Below are positions 38,444 to 50,388 of a DNA stretch of 64,000 nt, piece by piece (position 1 is the stretch's first letter; every line of letters begins with the position of its first letter). The stretch spans positions 168,456,001 through 168,520,000 of the forward strand of contig NC_058368.1 of NCBI RefSeq assembly GCF_018350175.1, written 5' to 3'. Made by a program: the position numbers and the translations under genes. The notes under the pieces are model-generated. The model did no database searches, had not been told where the DNA came from, and worked only from the letters and a program-made list of their open reading frames with translations. The stretch is from Felis catus (taxonomy: Eukaryota).

Positions 38444-38782
38444 GTGATTGTCCTCACTCTTGTTCTGTCCTTCTTGTACTTAGATCTCTGCTTCCACAAG
38501 ACTCTAACCTCTTGGCTCTATACTTTCAGCTTCACTCCTACCTCTGACCCAGTCCTGCATTTCTCCTGCAGAGTGTTGGCTGGCTTCCCTTGTCTCTCTA
38601 AACCCTGGGCTCCCTCAAGATAAACCCTCAGATCCACCGCCAGCAATTTGAGCAGTGTCTAAGTCACCCAAGCTACCATTCATTTCCAATGTGAGTTCCT
38701 CAATTCATGATGAAGTTTCAGACCAATGATTTCTTTCTGTAAGGAGTTTACCAGCCAGTCTAGGAGACACATGTAGAATTTG

Positions 38783-38784
<2 letters not shown>

Positions 38785-38829
<45 letters not shown>
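38785..38829. repeat. (TG)n microsatellite
   Basis: Directly visible. Confidence 0.95.
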
Positions 38830-38830
<1 letters not shown>

Positions 38831-39556
38831 CCTATCATTTTGTTTGCTTGTTTGTTTTGTATTTTTTTTTTGGAAGGGTAACTTTTGATGAGGGAAAGAA
38901 TTATATGGATTCCCCTAGGCGGCCACTTTTTTAGAGGAATATAATTACATTTCTCTTAGAATTACTGTTTTTATGCTGTTGTAAATCCCCATGCTTATGC
39001 AAATAGGAAAAGGGAAGAGAAGGTTTTAGAGATGGAAAAACAGGAGAGAAAGTTTTATTACTTGAGGTATGAGTAATTTACTCCTCCCAGAAGCAATATT
39101 CCCATATAGGACTTATTCTTAAAATTGATCAGGCCCACAGTGGGAAAGGTTTACTTAAATCTGCTTTCTTGAAGTCATATGCCCAAAATTGAAATATGTA
39201 ATGAAAAGAGCATAGAGCTAGACAGGTCAAATTCTAGTTCACTCACTCTCTGTATAGAAACTTGGCCAATTTAAATATTGTCAACTTCACTATTATTACC
39301 TGTAAAAATGGAAGTTATAATTTTATCTAACAGGGTTTTCTAGGACTATAGGAGATAATGCACATGAAAATCCCTTACACTGAGGCCTGGCCCCAAATAT
39401 GCACACAAGTATTTCCCTTCCTGTCACCATTTTTGTGGATACCAACTAGTGCATTTAATTTATTGCTCTCATTCTTGGTGGGGTTAACAGTTATCTGGGC
39501 ATATTAGAATGAACTGGTTGTAGATCTCTATTGACTGTTCCTTGGCAGACATGTTT

Positions 39557-39772
39557 ATTTTATTTTTTTTTTATGTTTATTTGTTTTTGAGAGAGACAGA
39601 GACAGAATGCGAGTTAGTTAGGGGCAGAGAGAGAGGGAGACACAGAATCCGAGGCAGGCTCCAGGCTCTGAGCTGTCAGCACAGAGCCTGATGTGGGGCC
39701 CGAACCCGCGGACCTCAAGATCATGACCTGAGCCGAGTTGGACGCTCAACCGACTGAGCCACCCAGGTGCCC
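39557..39772 (-). mobile_element. Can-SINE
   Basis: Full body with head gggcacctgggtggctcagtcgg on the minus strand. TSD gcagacatgttta / gcagacgtcttta. Confidence 0.93.
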
Positions 39773-39887
39773 AGCAGACGTCTTTAATAATGAGCCCTTT
39801 TCCTTCTAATCATGAGGCTGTATAATATGGGTATTGCAAAAACTAAAGTTGTCTTTAAACTGCATCTACTGAAAGGGAGGATCTTTA

Positions 39888-40016
39888 TTTATTTATTTTT
39901 TAATATATGAAATTTATTGTCAAATTGGTTTCCGTACAACACCCAGTGCTCATCCCAAAAGATGCCCTCTTCAATACCCATCACCTACCCTCCTCTCCCT
40001 CCCACCCCCCATCAAC
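39888..40016 (-). mobile_element. severely 5'-truncated young L1 (3'UTR only)
   Basis: Reverse complement of about 29827-29950. Perfect TSD agggaggatcttta at 39874-39887 and 40017-40030. Confidence 0.95.
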
Positions 40017-40047
40017 AGGGAGGATCTTTAAAATATGTTCTGAATTT

Positions 40048-40255
40048 GGGCACCTGGGTGGCTCAGTTGGGCATCTGACTTCCACTCAGGTTATGTTCTC
40101 ATGGTCCGTGGTTCAAGCCCCGTGTTGGGCTCTGTGCTGACAGTTCAAAGCCTGGAGCTTGCTTCTGATTCTGTGTCTCCATCTCTCTGGCCCTCCCCCT
40201 CTATCTCTGTCTCACTCTCTCTCAAAAATAAATTAACATAAACACTTTTTTTAAA
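40048..40255 (+). mobile_element. Can-SINE
   Basis: TSD aaaatatgttctgaattt (40030-40047) / aaaacatgttctgagttt (40256-40273). Confidence 0.93.
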
Positions 40256-42479
40256 AAAACATGTTCTGAGTTTGCCTAAAGAACACTATCAAACAGAGAA
40301 AAGCAATAGTCCCAAGGGAATATTTAGTCGGAATGAAGGAGTGGAAATCTGGTTGAAGCCAGCTGACGTGTTACCGAGCTTTGTGGCCCCTTCCCCTCTT
40401 GGGGCTCTCAGGCCCTCTATACCTTCACCTGACAAAGAATGTCACAGTTGGAAGAGGTACTTATGTGTCTCCAGGCTACACAGCAAGTCTCTGCTCCTAT
40501 TTGTGTTTCTGGCCCATACTCCAAGCTGGGTGCACTGGATTTCCCCAGTGCAGTCTGCTCTCTTGGTTGCTGTTGACAATTAAGATTTGCAGCCTGGAGT
40601 GATTTGTTTGAGGGAGGGAGCAGCAGCTTTGGGTGTCCTTTGCTGTGATTGGAGGAATGGGCTTTCAGCCTCCATAATAATGCACAACAGCTGCTGAAGG
40701 ACATCTCATTCTAAGTGACACCACATTGGAAATGGAGAACCAGCCTCCACAGTCATTTGTACAGTCATTTGTATGATTGAATTTCCCATTTTGAGGGAGG
40801 CAGATGACATTTTTATCTCAAAACAATTTAGCTTTCTTTCTGTGTTGAGGAGGAACTAGATCTACCAGCAGAATACAAAACAGGTTATAGAAAGAGAGAG
40901 AAGGTCTTGATGGGAGGAAATGAAGCAAACCAAACAAAGCAATAAAGTGAGGAATTTGCATCCACCTGTTTTTGTGCACAATGATAACAAAATAGCTATG
41001 TCTTCCCTTGAATGCTTATTCCCTTAAATTGGCTCCCCCCAGGTGTTCATAATAAAGTTGGGGACAGCCAAAAGTTTAATTTGTATTTATCACATGGTTG
41101 AATTGCTGGGCATTTGAGCTGCTTGGGAAATAGGAGAGATATCTGGGAGAGGAGTGAGAGCTGTCCGAGACATCGAAGGTGCCATAGCACAAAAGCCTTG
41201 AATGATTTAGATGGATTGTCCACTAACGGAACTCCAGCTCTATCCAATCCAGGAGTGGATGGCATAATCTTTTATCCATTGTCGTATCCAAGGTGGTGTC
41301 AGACTGTATTCTGCTTGGTTTTGATATCTAAATCAAGAAGGGCATTGTGATGGGGAAAGGCTGGATTGTAAGACCTAACTCCATGTAGGGTCCCAAATAA
41401 TGGCATTTTGAGAGAGAGAGTTGTGAACTTGAACCACCAAATATATTGTTTGCTGCAACTTCTGGGCTATTTGTGTGGTGTTTTCCAAATTTCCAAATTC
41501 CTTTCTGCTCTTTTAGAATTTATCAGAAATTCTCTTAAGACGGACAATGCATTTCCTCCTGACTTCCCTCAGACCTTCTTTGGTACACCTCTATACATTT
41601 CACAGACACAGAGTCAGAGGGTTGGACCCTGGCCTTGGGAGATTACTAAGTACCACTTTGACTACATCTTCCTCTAATCTGATTTCCTTTGTAGTTGAAC
41701 ATGTGGTTGGATGTTCTAAGTAAACCCATATTACACATGAACATCTAATACTTGAGTCTGCTCTTAAGAAAGTGGTTTGAATCTATTTGGAGACCATAAT
41801 ATGTTTGCCTATGCCTTAGTGAAAAGGAATAGAACAACAAGAGCTGATTCTAAAATACAGATGTGCTGGGTACAAAGTAGGGATGCGGGACCCTCTGCAG
41901 AGTTGGCATAGAAGTGAAGGAGCAGATCTCACTGCAGCCAGATATCTAAATTCCAGGGTGTATGTGTAAGGTGGTAACATCATCCCAAAGCTATGTGTCT
42001 TTAGGGTGACTTGTTCCTCTTTCTACTGACACCTCTAAGAGCAGGAGTGGACTCAGAAAGGAAAAAGTAGCATAAAAGAGTGTTCTGTCCTGGGACAACT
42101 TCTTTCCCAAAGACTTTCCAGTTTTACCAAAAACCATATGTCCTCTTTGCTCTCAGACATCAATTTGGAAATAAGGAAAATTGTCCTTTTCAAGAGCAAG
42201 AGGAAAATTTAAATGGGTCTTAGAGTCTGGTAAGAGAAAATCTGCTTAACATGAAGTGTCATGAAATAAAATGCTTGTGAAAATAGGTGAGTGGACTGAG
42301 ATCTCCTATCTCCTTATTTGGTGATGGGATTACATTTTGTCAGGAGTACCTGTTGAGTTAGTACATGAAGATGTGGAAATGATTAACTACAACTTAATTG
42401 TGAACCAAAGCTTCTCTCTATTGTGTGACAGAAAAGATGTGAAAGTTAGAGAGAAATTTATTATTTGTAAACAAGAAAC

Positions 42480-42700
42480 ACGTAGTCTTGGTAGCCATTG
42501 GCAGCCATTTCACTACCATTTGGGAAGACAACCTAAGACCAAACTAACACAAAGAGGAGGGCAGAGCCAAGCACCACAGAGAAATGGGGCCAGAGCCCTG
42601 ATCAAACCATGCTTGAAGCCTACATTACCTCCAAACTGTTTATTACATGAGCCAATAAATTACTTTTGATGTTTAAGCCGTCCAGCATGTTGCGTTACCT
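42480..42700 (+). mobile_element. MaLR (MLT1J-like) LTR fragment
   Basis: 'ggcagccattt', 'gagggcagagccaag', 'ctgatcaaaccatgcttgaagcc', 'ttacatgagccaataaatt', 'gtttaagcc'. Confidence 0.6.
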
Positions 42701-42718
42701 CCAACCAAATTTATCTTT

Positions 42719-42852
42719 TGTGTCAAATATATGTTTATTTGACATAAAAGATAAAAGCCCGATGTGGGATTCAAACACACTAACGGTGAGATCGTGACCT
42801 GATGTAAAATTGAGAGGCGAACACTTAGCCAACTGAACCACCCAGATGCATC
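42719..42852 (-). mobile_element. Can-SINE with its CT-rich body replaced by an inverted duplication
   Basis: Head half present at 42756-42852. TSD ccaaccaaatttatctt (42701-42717) / ccaaccaaatatatctt (42853-42869). Confidence 0.8.
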
Positions 42853-43190
42853 CCAACCAAATATATCTTAACGGGAACAGAATTTGTTCCCAGAAATAAG
42901 GTGTTGAAAATAACAGACTATAAAAAGTGAGACTTGCTGACTGGAAACTGGGTAGAAGGCAGTGAACACACCATTACAAATTGGCAGTCATTGTCATGTG
43001 ATAGCAAAACAATTAGTTAAATATAGGAATTGTGACCATGTGCCTACTGAGTCTATAGCATTAGAAAACCTGGTAAGAAAAATTCAGTAGGTTAGAATGC
43101 CATGTGGTCTTCAATATGATTCTAAAATAAAAACGCAAGCTGAGGCTTAAGAGGGCTTGTACAATTACAAAGCAGAAAGTATATACTTCC

Positions 43191-43244
43191 TTTTTTTAAG
43201 TTTATTTATTTTGAGAGAGAGAGAGAGAAAACAAGTGAGGGAGG

Positions 43245-43287
<43 letters not shown>

Positions 43288-43362
43288 AGAGAGAGAAGCC
43301 CAAGCAGGCTCCACGCTGTCAGCACAGAGCCCAACACAGGGCTCGATCTCATGACCGTGAGA
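43191..43362 (-). mobile_element. Can-SINE lacking its head
   Basis: T tail, (GA)n tract and body end abruptly at 'atgaccgtgaga'. No TSD seen. Confidence 0.88.
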
Positions 43363-45393
43363 CGAGTGAGGAGCAACTCCTAAGAGAAGGGGACAGGGGA
43401 ACATTCTGTTTAGTAGTGAGGTGAGTGTGCATAGTAACATAATTGGTGACTTACATACAATAAATCCTCAATAAATGCTACTGAATGGATGGACTAGTCT
43501 TGAATTCTCCAGCCTTAGAAATTATTTTTACTCATTTCTCTTAGTCTGGGGATGTCTGTTTAACCTCTATGTCACCCCTATTCTCAGTCTGAGGTCTTTG
43601 TGCCTAACTTCTCAAGAAACTGTTATGACTCTTTCAAAAGTAAAGCCACCAGTAGGTCAGGCCATTTACTTGTCCCATTCCTTCTGCAAACTGAAATAGC
43701 CTCTGTTTCTAAGTCTTTGCTATCCCTCAGCCTCAACTCTTGGCTCCCCTTTGAACTTTGTGGTTTCTTCAGCCACAGTCATGAGAATTTTCTAGAAGAA
43801 TCATCTTATCTTTCAGATGCAAGATTTACTTAAGGTATGTAAACGCCAATGGCAAAAGTGCAATCACATACATTTAGGAACTTAACTACCATTCACATGG
43901 GGATTCTCCATTTATTGTAAATCTCTGATTGTTACTGGTGATGAGTACAGAATGAGTACTTCCTGAGTCCTATTTCTAACCAACAATAAACATGGAAAAT
44001 CCTCAAGCCAGTTTTTGAGGGGTTTCCTCATTGAGCTTTCTTGCCAACTGACTGCCTTATTCCAACCAAACATGTGGAACACAGACAAAGTTCCGGAAGA
44101 GTGATCATTAGTTGACTATAAATAACTGGGAGACAAATGGCCACTGAAAGTACAAGGAGGATTCTCCTGGCAACTAATATGACACAGAAGAAATGGAAAT
44201 GGATAACTGCTTTCTTCTTCTTGGTACAAATATAGAGAAATGGAATCGTTTCTCAATGTCTTAGAAATAAGAAAATTCATTCTTCTAAAAAATAAGGCAA
44301 TAAAATCTTTGGGAGAAAAGAAAACTCAGAATCACACCATCTTGCAGCATAACTACAAATAAGAAACTCAGATAATTTCAAATAGAAACACATGGTATAC
44401 GGTATTACCACTGTGAATCCTGCTGTCTGAAACCAACACAAGAATTTAAAATATTGATTCTGGCAACACTTTTATGACTTTCTGAAAAGGAAACGTGGAC
44501 TGCCATTTTGCAGAAAGGATAATCTCAAAAATATGACCATCTTGAGAACAAGAACATGCAGACATTGGACTCTTTATTTCTTGTCTATTATTGCTAGATT
44601 TCTCAGAATTTACAAAAACAAAACAAAATACTTTGGTAGCATTTCCTAAGTTGGAAAAAAATAAGAATCTCCTATCTGGCATGTCAGATTAGTCATTGAG
44701 AAAAATGCAAATTAAAACAGCTTGTGAGGAAAATGTGATATTCTGTGAATATATCTAACAGGTTTAAAAAAGAAAGTGGTAGAGGATAAAAGGAAGCTTA
44801 TGATATTAAGAATAGCTTATGTGAGTTGTTCAAAAATATCTATCAGGGACTTGCATGCTGAGAGCTTCATAGCTAAGCACTGGAAAATGTCATAGCCTCT
44901 TTTATTAAATAATGGTCATTTATTGACCATTTAGTATTAATTACAAATACTAAATTTTTTGTTACTGTGTTTTTTTAAAGCAAAATATATTTAATGAGAA
45001 AATCACGAGAACTAAAAACTCAAGATAATTTCAAATTTTGCATCAAATAAACTATTTGTGAAATTAAGGATTTTTTTTTCCAAAGAAAGTCATATTTTAA
45101 ATGCATATATACTGTATTTCTCTTATGGTAGGAAATGGGTGTGAATCTCAAGATTTGTGTCTAGAAGATGACATAAGTGAGTATTGGCATGTTCTCAGAT
45201 AATTCCCAGTCATCCAGAAAAATTGTAGGCAGGGTGGGGGATGAGGAGAATCAAAGTCAAAAGAAAGAAGTAAGTGACTTTGAACTTCCAATAGTCATGG
45301 AGAGATAATGGCTGTGACCAAAGCTACAGCATTAATAGAAAGGCGGTGGAAGAAGGAGTGGTATGTGGTGCGGGGGGGGGGGGGGGGGGGGGA

Positions 45394-45751
45394 TTGTTTT
45401 TTTGTTTTTTTTTTTTTTGCTTTTTTTTATTATGAAATTTATTGTCAAATTGGTTTCCATACAATACCCAGTGCTCATCCCAACAGGTGCCCTCCTCAAC
45501 GCCCATCACCACCCCTCCCTCCCACCCCCCATAAACCCTCAGTTTGTTCTCAGTTTTTAGGCATCTCTTATGTTTTGGCTCCCTCCCTCTCAACCATTTT
45601 TCTTTCTTCCCCTCCCCCATGGTCTTCTGTTAAGTTTCTCAGCATCCACATAGGAGTGAAAACATATGGAATCTGTCCTTCTCTGTATGACTTATTTCAC
45701 TTAGCGTAACACTCTCCAGTTCCATCCATGTTGCTACAAAAGGCCATATTT
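45394..45751 (-). mobile_element. 5'-truncated felid-type L1 (ORF2 end plus 3'UTR)
   Basis: Reverse complement of about 29610-29950, with a poly-T tail. Confidence 0.93.
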
Positions 45752-46671
45752 GGCAGGGGGTTTTGATCTGATGCCCTCCCTTGCTGGTGGTGTAAAGGGA
45801 GATCACGAGTTGATTTCAGGAGTGTGTGAAATCATGGAACATTTGCCTTGGAAGAGACCTTTGATGAGCTCCCACCCTGCATTTGACAGACAGGCAGACC
45901 AAGCTGGGCTGGAGGGTTAGCTCGGGGTCACGGCGTGTCTTCAGCTCTTGTTGGCTGATGACCATTTATAGGTGAGCGCATCTTTGGTCCTCAGCACCAC
46001 AAACACAAAATCTTTGAAGGCTCTGCCCTTGAGAAAGAAGCATAGGTTTAGTTTCATTTTCTAAATTTTCATTTTCTGTCTTTTAAAAGCAGCTTCAAAA
46101 CTGTACAATAGAAAATACATACTTTGAAGAATTCTAAAGTAACCAAGATTTTTCCTATGACTTGAATTTTGGATCCACCTGGGGGCCATGGTGAAATTTA
46201 GAGGTGAATTTTAGAATCCCAGAATATTTGCTTTTAAAAGGCCTTAGAGAGCATGTAAAAGCATATCTTTTTTAAAACTGGAAAGAGTGTTTTTATGGCT
46301 ATCTCCCACGCCAGCATTTCTCAGGAAGCTAAGTGACTACAGAGCAGAAAGTGGGGCTGTCTCTCTTGGCCTCCACTCTGACACTACTCCCACTGTTCCC
46401 TGCTTCCTCTCTTGCTCCCCTTTCTTCCTTAGCAAGAAAAGAAGAGAGAGAAATCTGAAATTCTCATAGAGACCTATAGAGGTATTTGTGCTACTATATA
46501 AAGCCTTTTAAGTATCTGACATTTTTGCCAACAATCTGTAGTGTCTATTTGGGGAAGTCATTATTCAGGCAAAAAATCACTAGTCTGGGCCTCTCATTTA
46601 TAAACCATTATTCACGGACTGTTTTGGAACTGCACTTTAAGAACCCCTGATGAAAAATGATTCTTTCCTCC

Positions 46672-46830
46672 ATGCATTCATTCAGCAAATGTTTATTGAC
46701 AACTTACTCTCTGCCAGAAACTGCTAGGTATGGAGAGAAAAAAAGTCAAAACACAAGCCCTTGCTCTGAGGGGTTTACAGTCTAGTGGGAAAGAAAGACC
46801 TATGTCAAACATAAGTACACTCCCATGTTA
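46672..46830 (-). mobile_element. L2 3'-end fragment
   Basis: cattcattcagcaaatgtttattgacaacttactctctgccaga...tttacagtctagtggga. Confidence 0.75.
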
Positions 46831-46879
46831 TGGGTGATGTGCCTCAACAACTGTTGATAGCACAGTACTTAAGCGTGTG

Positions 46880-47090
46880 GATACTTAACTCACGCAGCCA
46901 GTGAGGCATCTCACTTGTAGGCACTTCTTAAAAATTACTTAAATCTCTGAATTTCAGTTTTCTCATTTTCATCCTGGAGACAAATAATAGTTCCTATGGC
47001 ATAGGATGTTATAAGAATTGAGTGATATATAATTCATAACATTACTGGCATATGGTAAATGCTCAGTAAATGTTAGCCATTATCATTATT
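46880..47090 (+). mobile_element. MIR
   Basis: MIR core 'ttacttaaatctctgaatttcagttttctcattt' and tail 'ctggcatatggtaaatgctcagtaaatgttagccattatcattatt'. Confidence 0.8.
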
Positions 47091-48162
47091 CTTTCTACGG
47101 TAGAAGCACAAAAAAAGTGTCTTATTTGACTTGAGAGGGTCTAAAGATGCTTCATGGGAAGATTCTACTCTGCCAAGTCTTGAAAATGCACCACATTTCT
47201 GCCAGATAATTATGGAGAGAAATAGATTGTGGGCGAGAGGAGTTATATGAGTAGAGTGCTGAAAGTAGGACACAACCTGACACACTGCAGAATCTTCAGG
47301 CCTTAGGGAGTAGCCAATGCTTAGGATGCAGGCCTGGCTCTTCTATATATAAGACAGAGGCAGGGACTGGGCACCAGAAAGACCTGGTTCTGTCCTACTC
47401 TCCATGCCCTATGCTAGCCACTCCAATGCCTTGGCCTTAGGTTACTTATTGGGGAATTAAGGTGGTAAAACTAGATGATTTCTACTGCCCCCTAGCACCA
47501 AATTCTATGGTTTTAACTTAGGATCTAATCAGGTCAAGCCAGAAGAGTTATCTTGCATTCTGGGCAAAACCAATGAGTGTTATGAGTTGGCACACTGCTT
47601 AACAAAGGTATCAGGGCTTTAAGGAACTCTTCGTGGGGAGGTGGGGAAGTATGAGGAAAGGATGGAGGCAGACTCCTGAGCAGCCATCATATTAAAAGAT
47701 TGACTCATTCTTATAGCACACTAGGCACTTCCTGAAAAGTGTAGGATTAATATGACATGTATTTGTACTGTCTTGAAAACTAGTGAACTTGTTCAGTTGC
47801 TACTATGCTCTGTTCAAGTGCGTCTGCTTCTGTCATTATGCGGTTTTTCAATCAATGGATATAAATGATAATGTGGGGATCTGGAAACAGTTTTAACCTG
47901 TTGAACAGTTTAACCTGTCTTAAGTAGGACAATCCTGAGAATCACTAGATACTGCTACATTGCTATGAATTGACTTTTATCCCAAGGCTGAAGATTCATC
48001 CACACCACATGAAGCTTAAAAAAAGTTTTTTAAGAAAGTAAAATGATGCCAAGGCAGATAGAATAATACTAAGGGAAATAAAATACAACCAAAAATGGAG
48101 AAGCATCCCTTGAAGAATGAATAGTCTTAGAACTTTTGGAGCTTTTCTATATCAGAAGTCTT

Positions 48163-50388
48163 TTTTGTTGTTGTTGAGTTTTTCATTTTAATTCCAGTAT
48201 TGTTAACCTACAGTGTTATATTAGTTTTGGGTGTACAGTATAGTGACTCAACAATTCTGTACATTACTCAGTGCTCATTGTGGTAAGTGTTCTCTTTAAT
48301 TCCCATCACCTATTTCACCCATCTCCTCCATGCACCTCCCCTCTGGTAACCATCAGTTTATTCTCTGGAGTTAAGAGTCTGTTTCTTGGTTTGTCTCTCT
48401 CATTTTTCTCCTTTGCTCATTTGTTTTGTTTCTTAAATTCCACATATGAGTGAAATCATATGCTCTTTGTCTTTCTCTGAATTATTTCACTTAGCATTAT
48501 ACTCTCTAGCTCCATCCACGTTGTTGCAAATGGCAAGATTTCTTTTTTATTTAAATTCAAGTTAGATAACATACAAGGTAGTCTTGTCTTCAGTAGAACC
48601 CAGTGATTGTGTCTTACATATGACTACCAGTGCTCATCCTGAAAAGTATCCTCCTTAACGTCCATCCCCCATTTAACTCATACCCCCTACCACATTCCCC
48701 TCTAGCAAACCCTGTTTATATTTAATAGTCTCTTGTGGTTTGCCTCCCTCTCTGTTATCTTATTTTTCCTTCCCTTCCCCTATGTTCATCTGTTGAGTTT
48801 CTCAAATTCCAATATGAGTGAAGTCATATGATATCTGTCTTTCTCTGATTTATTTCGCTTAGCATAATACCCTCAAGTTCCATCCACGTTGTTGCAAATG
48901 GCAAAATTCCATTCTTTTTCGTTGCGGAGTAGTATTCCATTGTATATATATACCACATCTTCTTAATCCATTCATCAGTTAATGGACATTGGGCTCTTTC
49001 TATAATATGGCTATTGTTGATAGAGCTGCTATAAACATTGGGGTGCATGTGCCCCTTCAAATCAGCATTTTTGTATCCTTTGGATAAATTCCCAGTAGCA
49101 CAATTGCTGGGTCATAGGGTAGTTCTATTTTTAATTTTTTGAGGAACCTCCATACTGTTTTCCAGATTGGCTGAACCAATTTGAATTCCCACCAACAGTG
49201 CAAAATGGTTCCCCTTTCCCTACATCCTTGTCAACATCTGTTGTTTCCTGAGTTGTTCAATTTAGCCATTCTGACTGGTGTGAGGTTTTATCTCATTGTG
49301 GTTTTGGTTCGTAGTTCCCTGATGATGAGTGATTTTTTTCATGTCTATTAGCCATCTGGGTATCTTCTTTGGAAAAGTGTCTATTCATGTCTGTTGCCCA
49401 TTTCTTCACTGGATTATTTGTTTTTCTTCACCCAATTATTTGATTATTTGGGTGTTGAGTTTGGTAAGTTCTTTATATATTTTGGGTACTGAACTTTTAT
49501 CTGATATGTCATTTGCAGATATCTTTTCCCATTCCATCAGTTGCCTTTTAGTTTTATTGATTGCTTCCTTTGCTGTGCAGAAGTTTTTTTTTTTTTTTAT
49601 GTAGTCCTAATAGTTTATTTCTGCTTTTATTTCCCTTGCCTCAGGAGACATATCTAGAAAAATGTTGCTTCAGCTGATGTCAGAGAAATTACTGACTATA
49701 GTGTCTTCTAGGATTTTTATGGTCAGGTCTCGCATTTAGGTCCTTGATCCATTTTGAGTTTATTTTTGTGTATGGTGTAAGAAAGTGGTCCAACTTCATT
49801 CTTTTGCATGTAGCTGTCTAGTTTTCCCAGCACCATTTATGAATAGACTTTTTCCCATTGCATATTCTTTCTTCCTTTGTCAAACATTAGTTTACCATAT
49901 AATTGTGGGTTTATTTCTGGGTTTTCTATTCTGTTTCATTGATCTATGTGTTTATTTTTGTGTCAAACCATACTTAATACATCTTTGTAGTATAACTGGA
50001 AGTCTGGAATACATCCAGTTTTGTTTTTCTTTTTCAAGATTGCTTTGGCTATTTGAGGTCTTTTGTGGTTCCATACAAATTTTAGGATTATTTGTTCTAG
50101 TTCTATGAAAAATGCTGTTAGTATTTTGATAGAGATTGCATTAAATCTGTAGATTGCTTTGGGAAATATAGACATTTTAACAACATTTGTTCTTCGAATC
50201 CTTGTGCATGGAATGTCTTTACATTTCTTTGTATTATCTTCAGTTCCTTTCATCAGTGTTTTATAGTTTTCAGAGTACATGTCTTTCACTTCTTTGGTTA
50301 AATTTTTCCTAGATATCTTATTATTTTTTATGCAATTTTAAATGGGATTGTCTTCTTAATTTCCTTTTTGGCTGCTTCATCATTAGTG
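48163..50388 (-). mobile_element. composite 5'-truncated carnivore L1 with two different 3'UTRs in tandem
   Basis: ORF2 remnants (ORFs 49963-50289 and 48824-49060). First 3' end at 48163-48545, second from about 48546. Degenerate outer TSD tctatatcagaagtctt (48146-48162) / tctctgtcagaattctt (50389-50405). Confidence 0.9.

Noticed and set aside
41203..41336. Inverted 10-mer tgatttagat/atctaaatca as MITE ends
   Set aside because: Too short, no TSD, and no internal symmetry seen.
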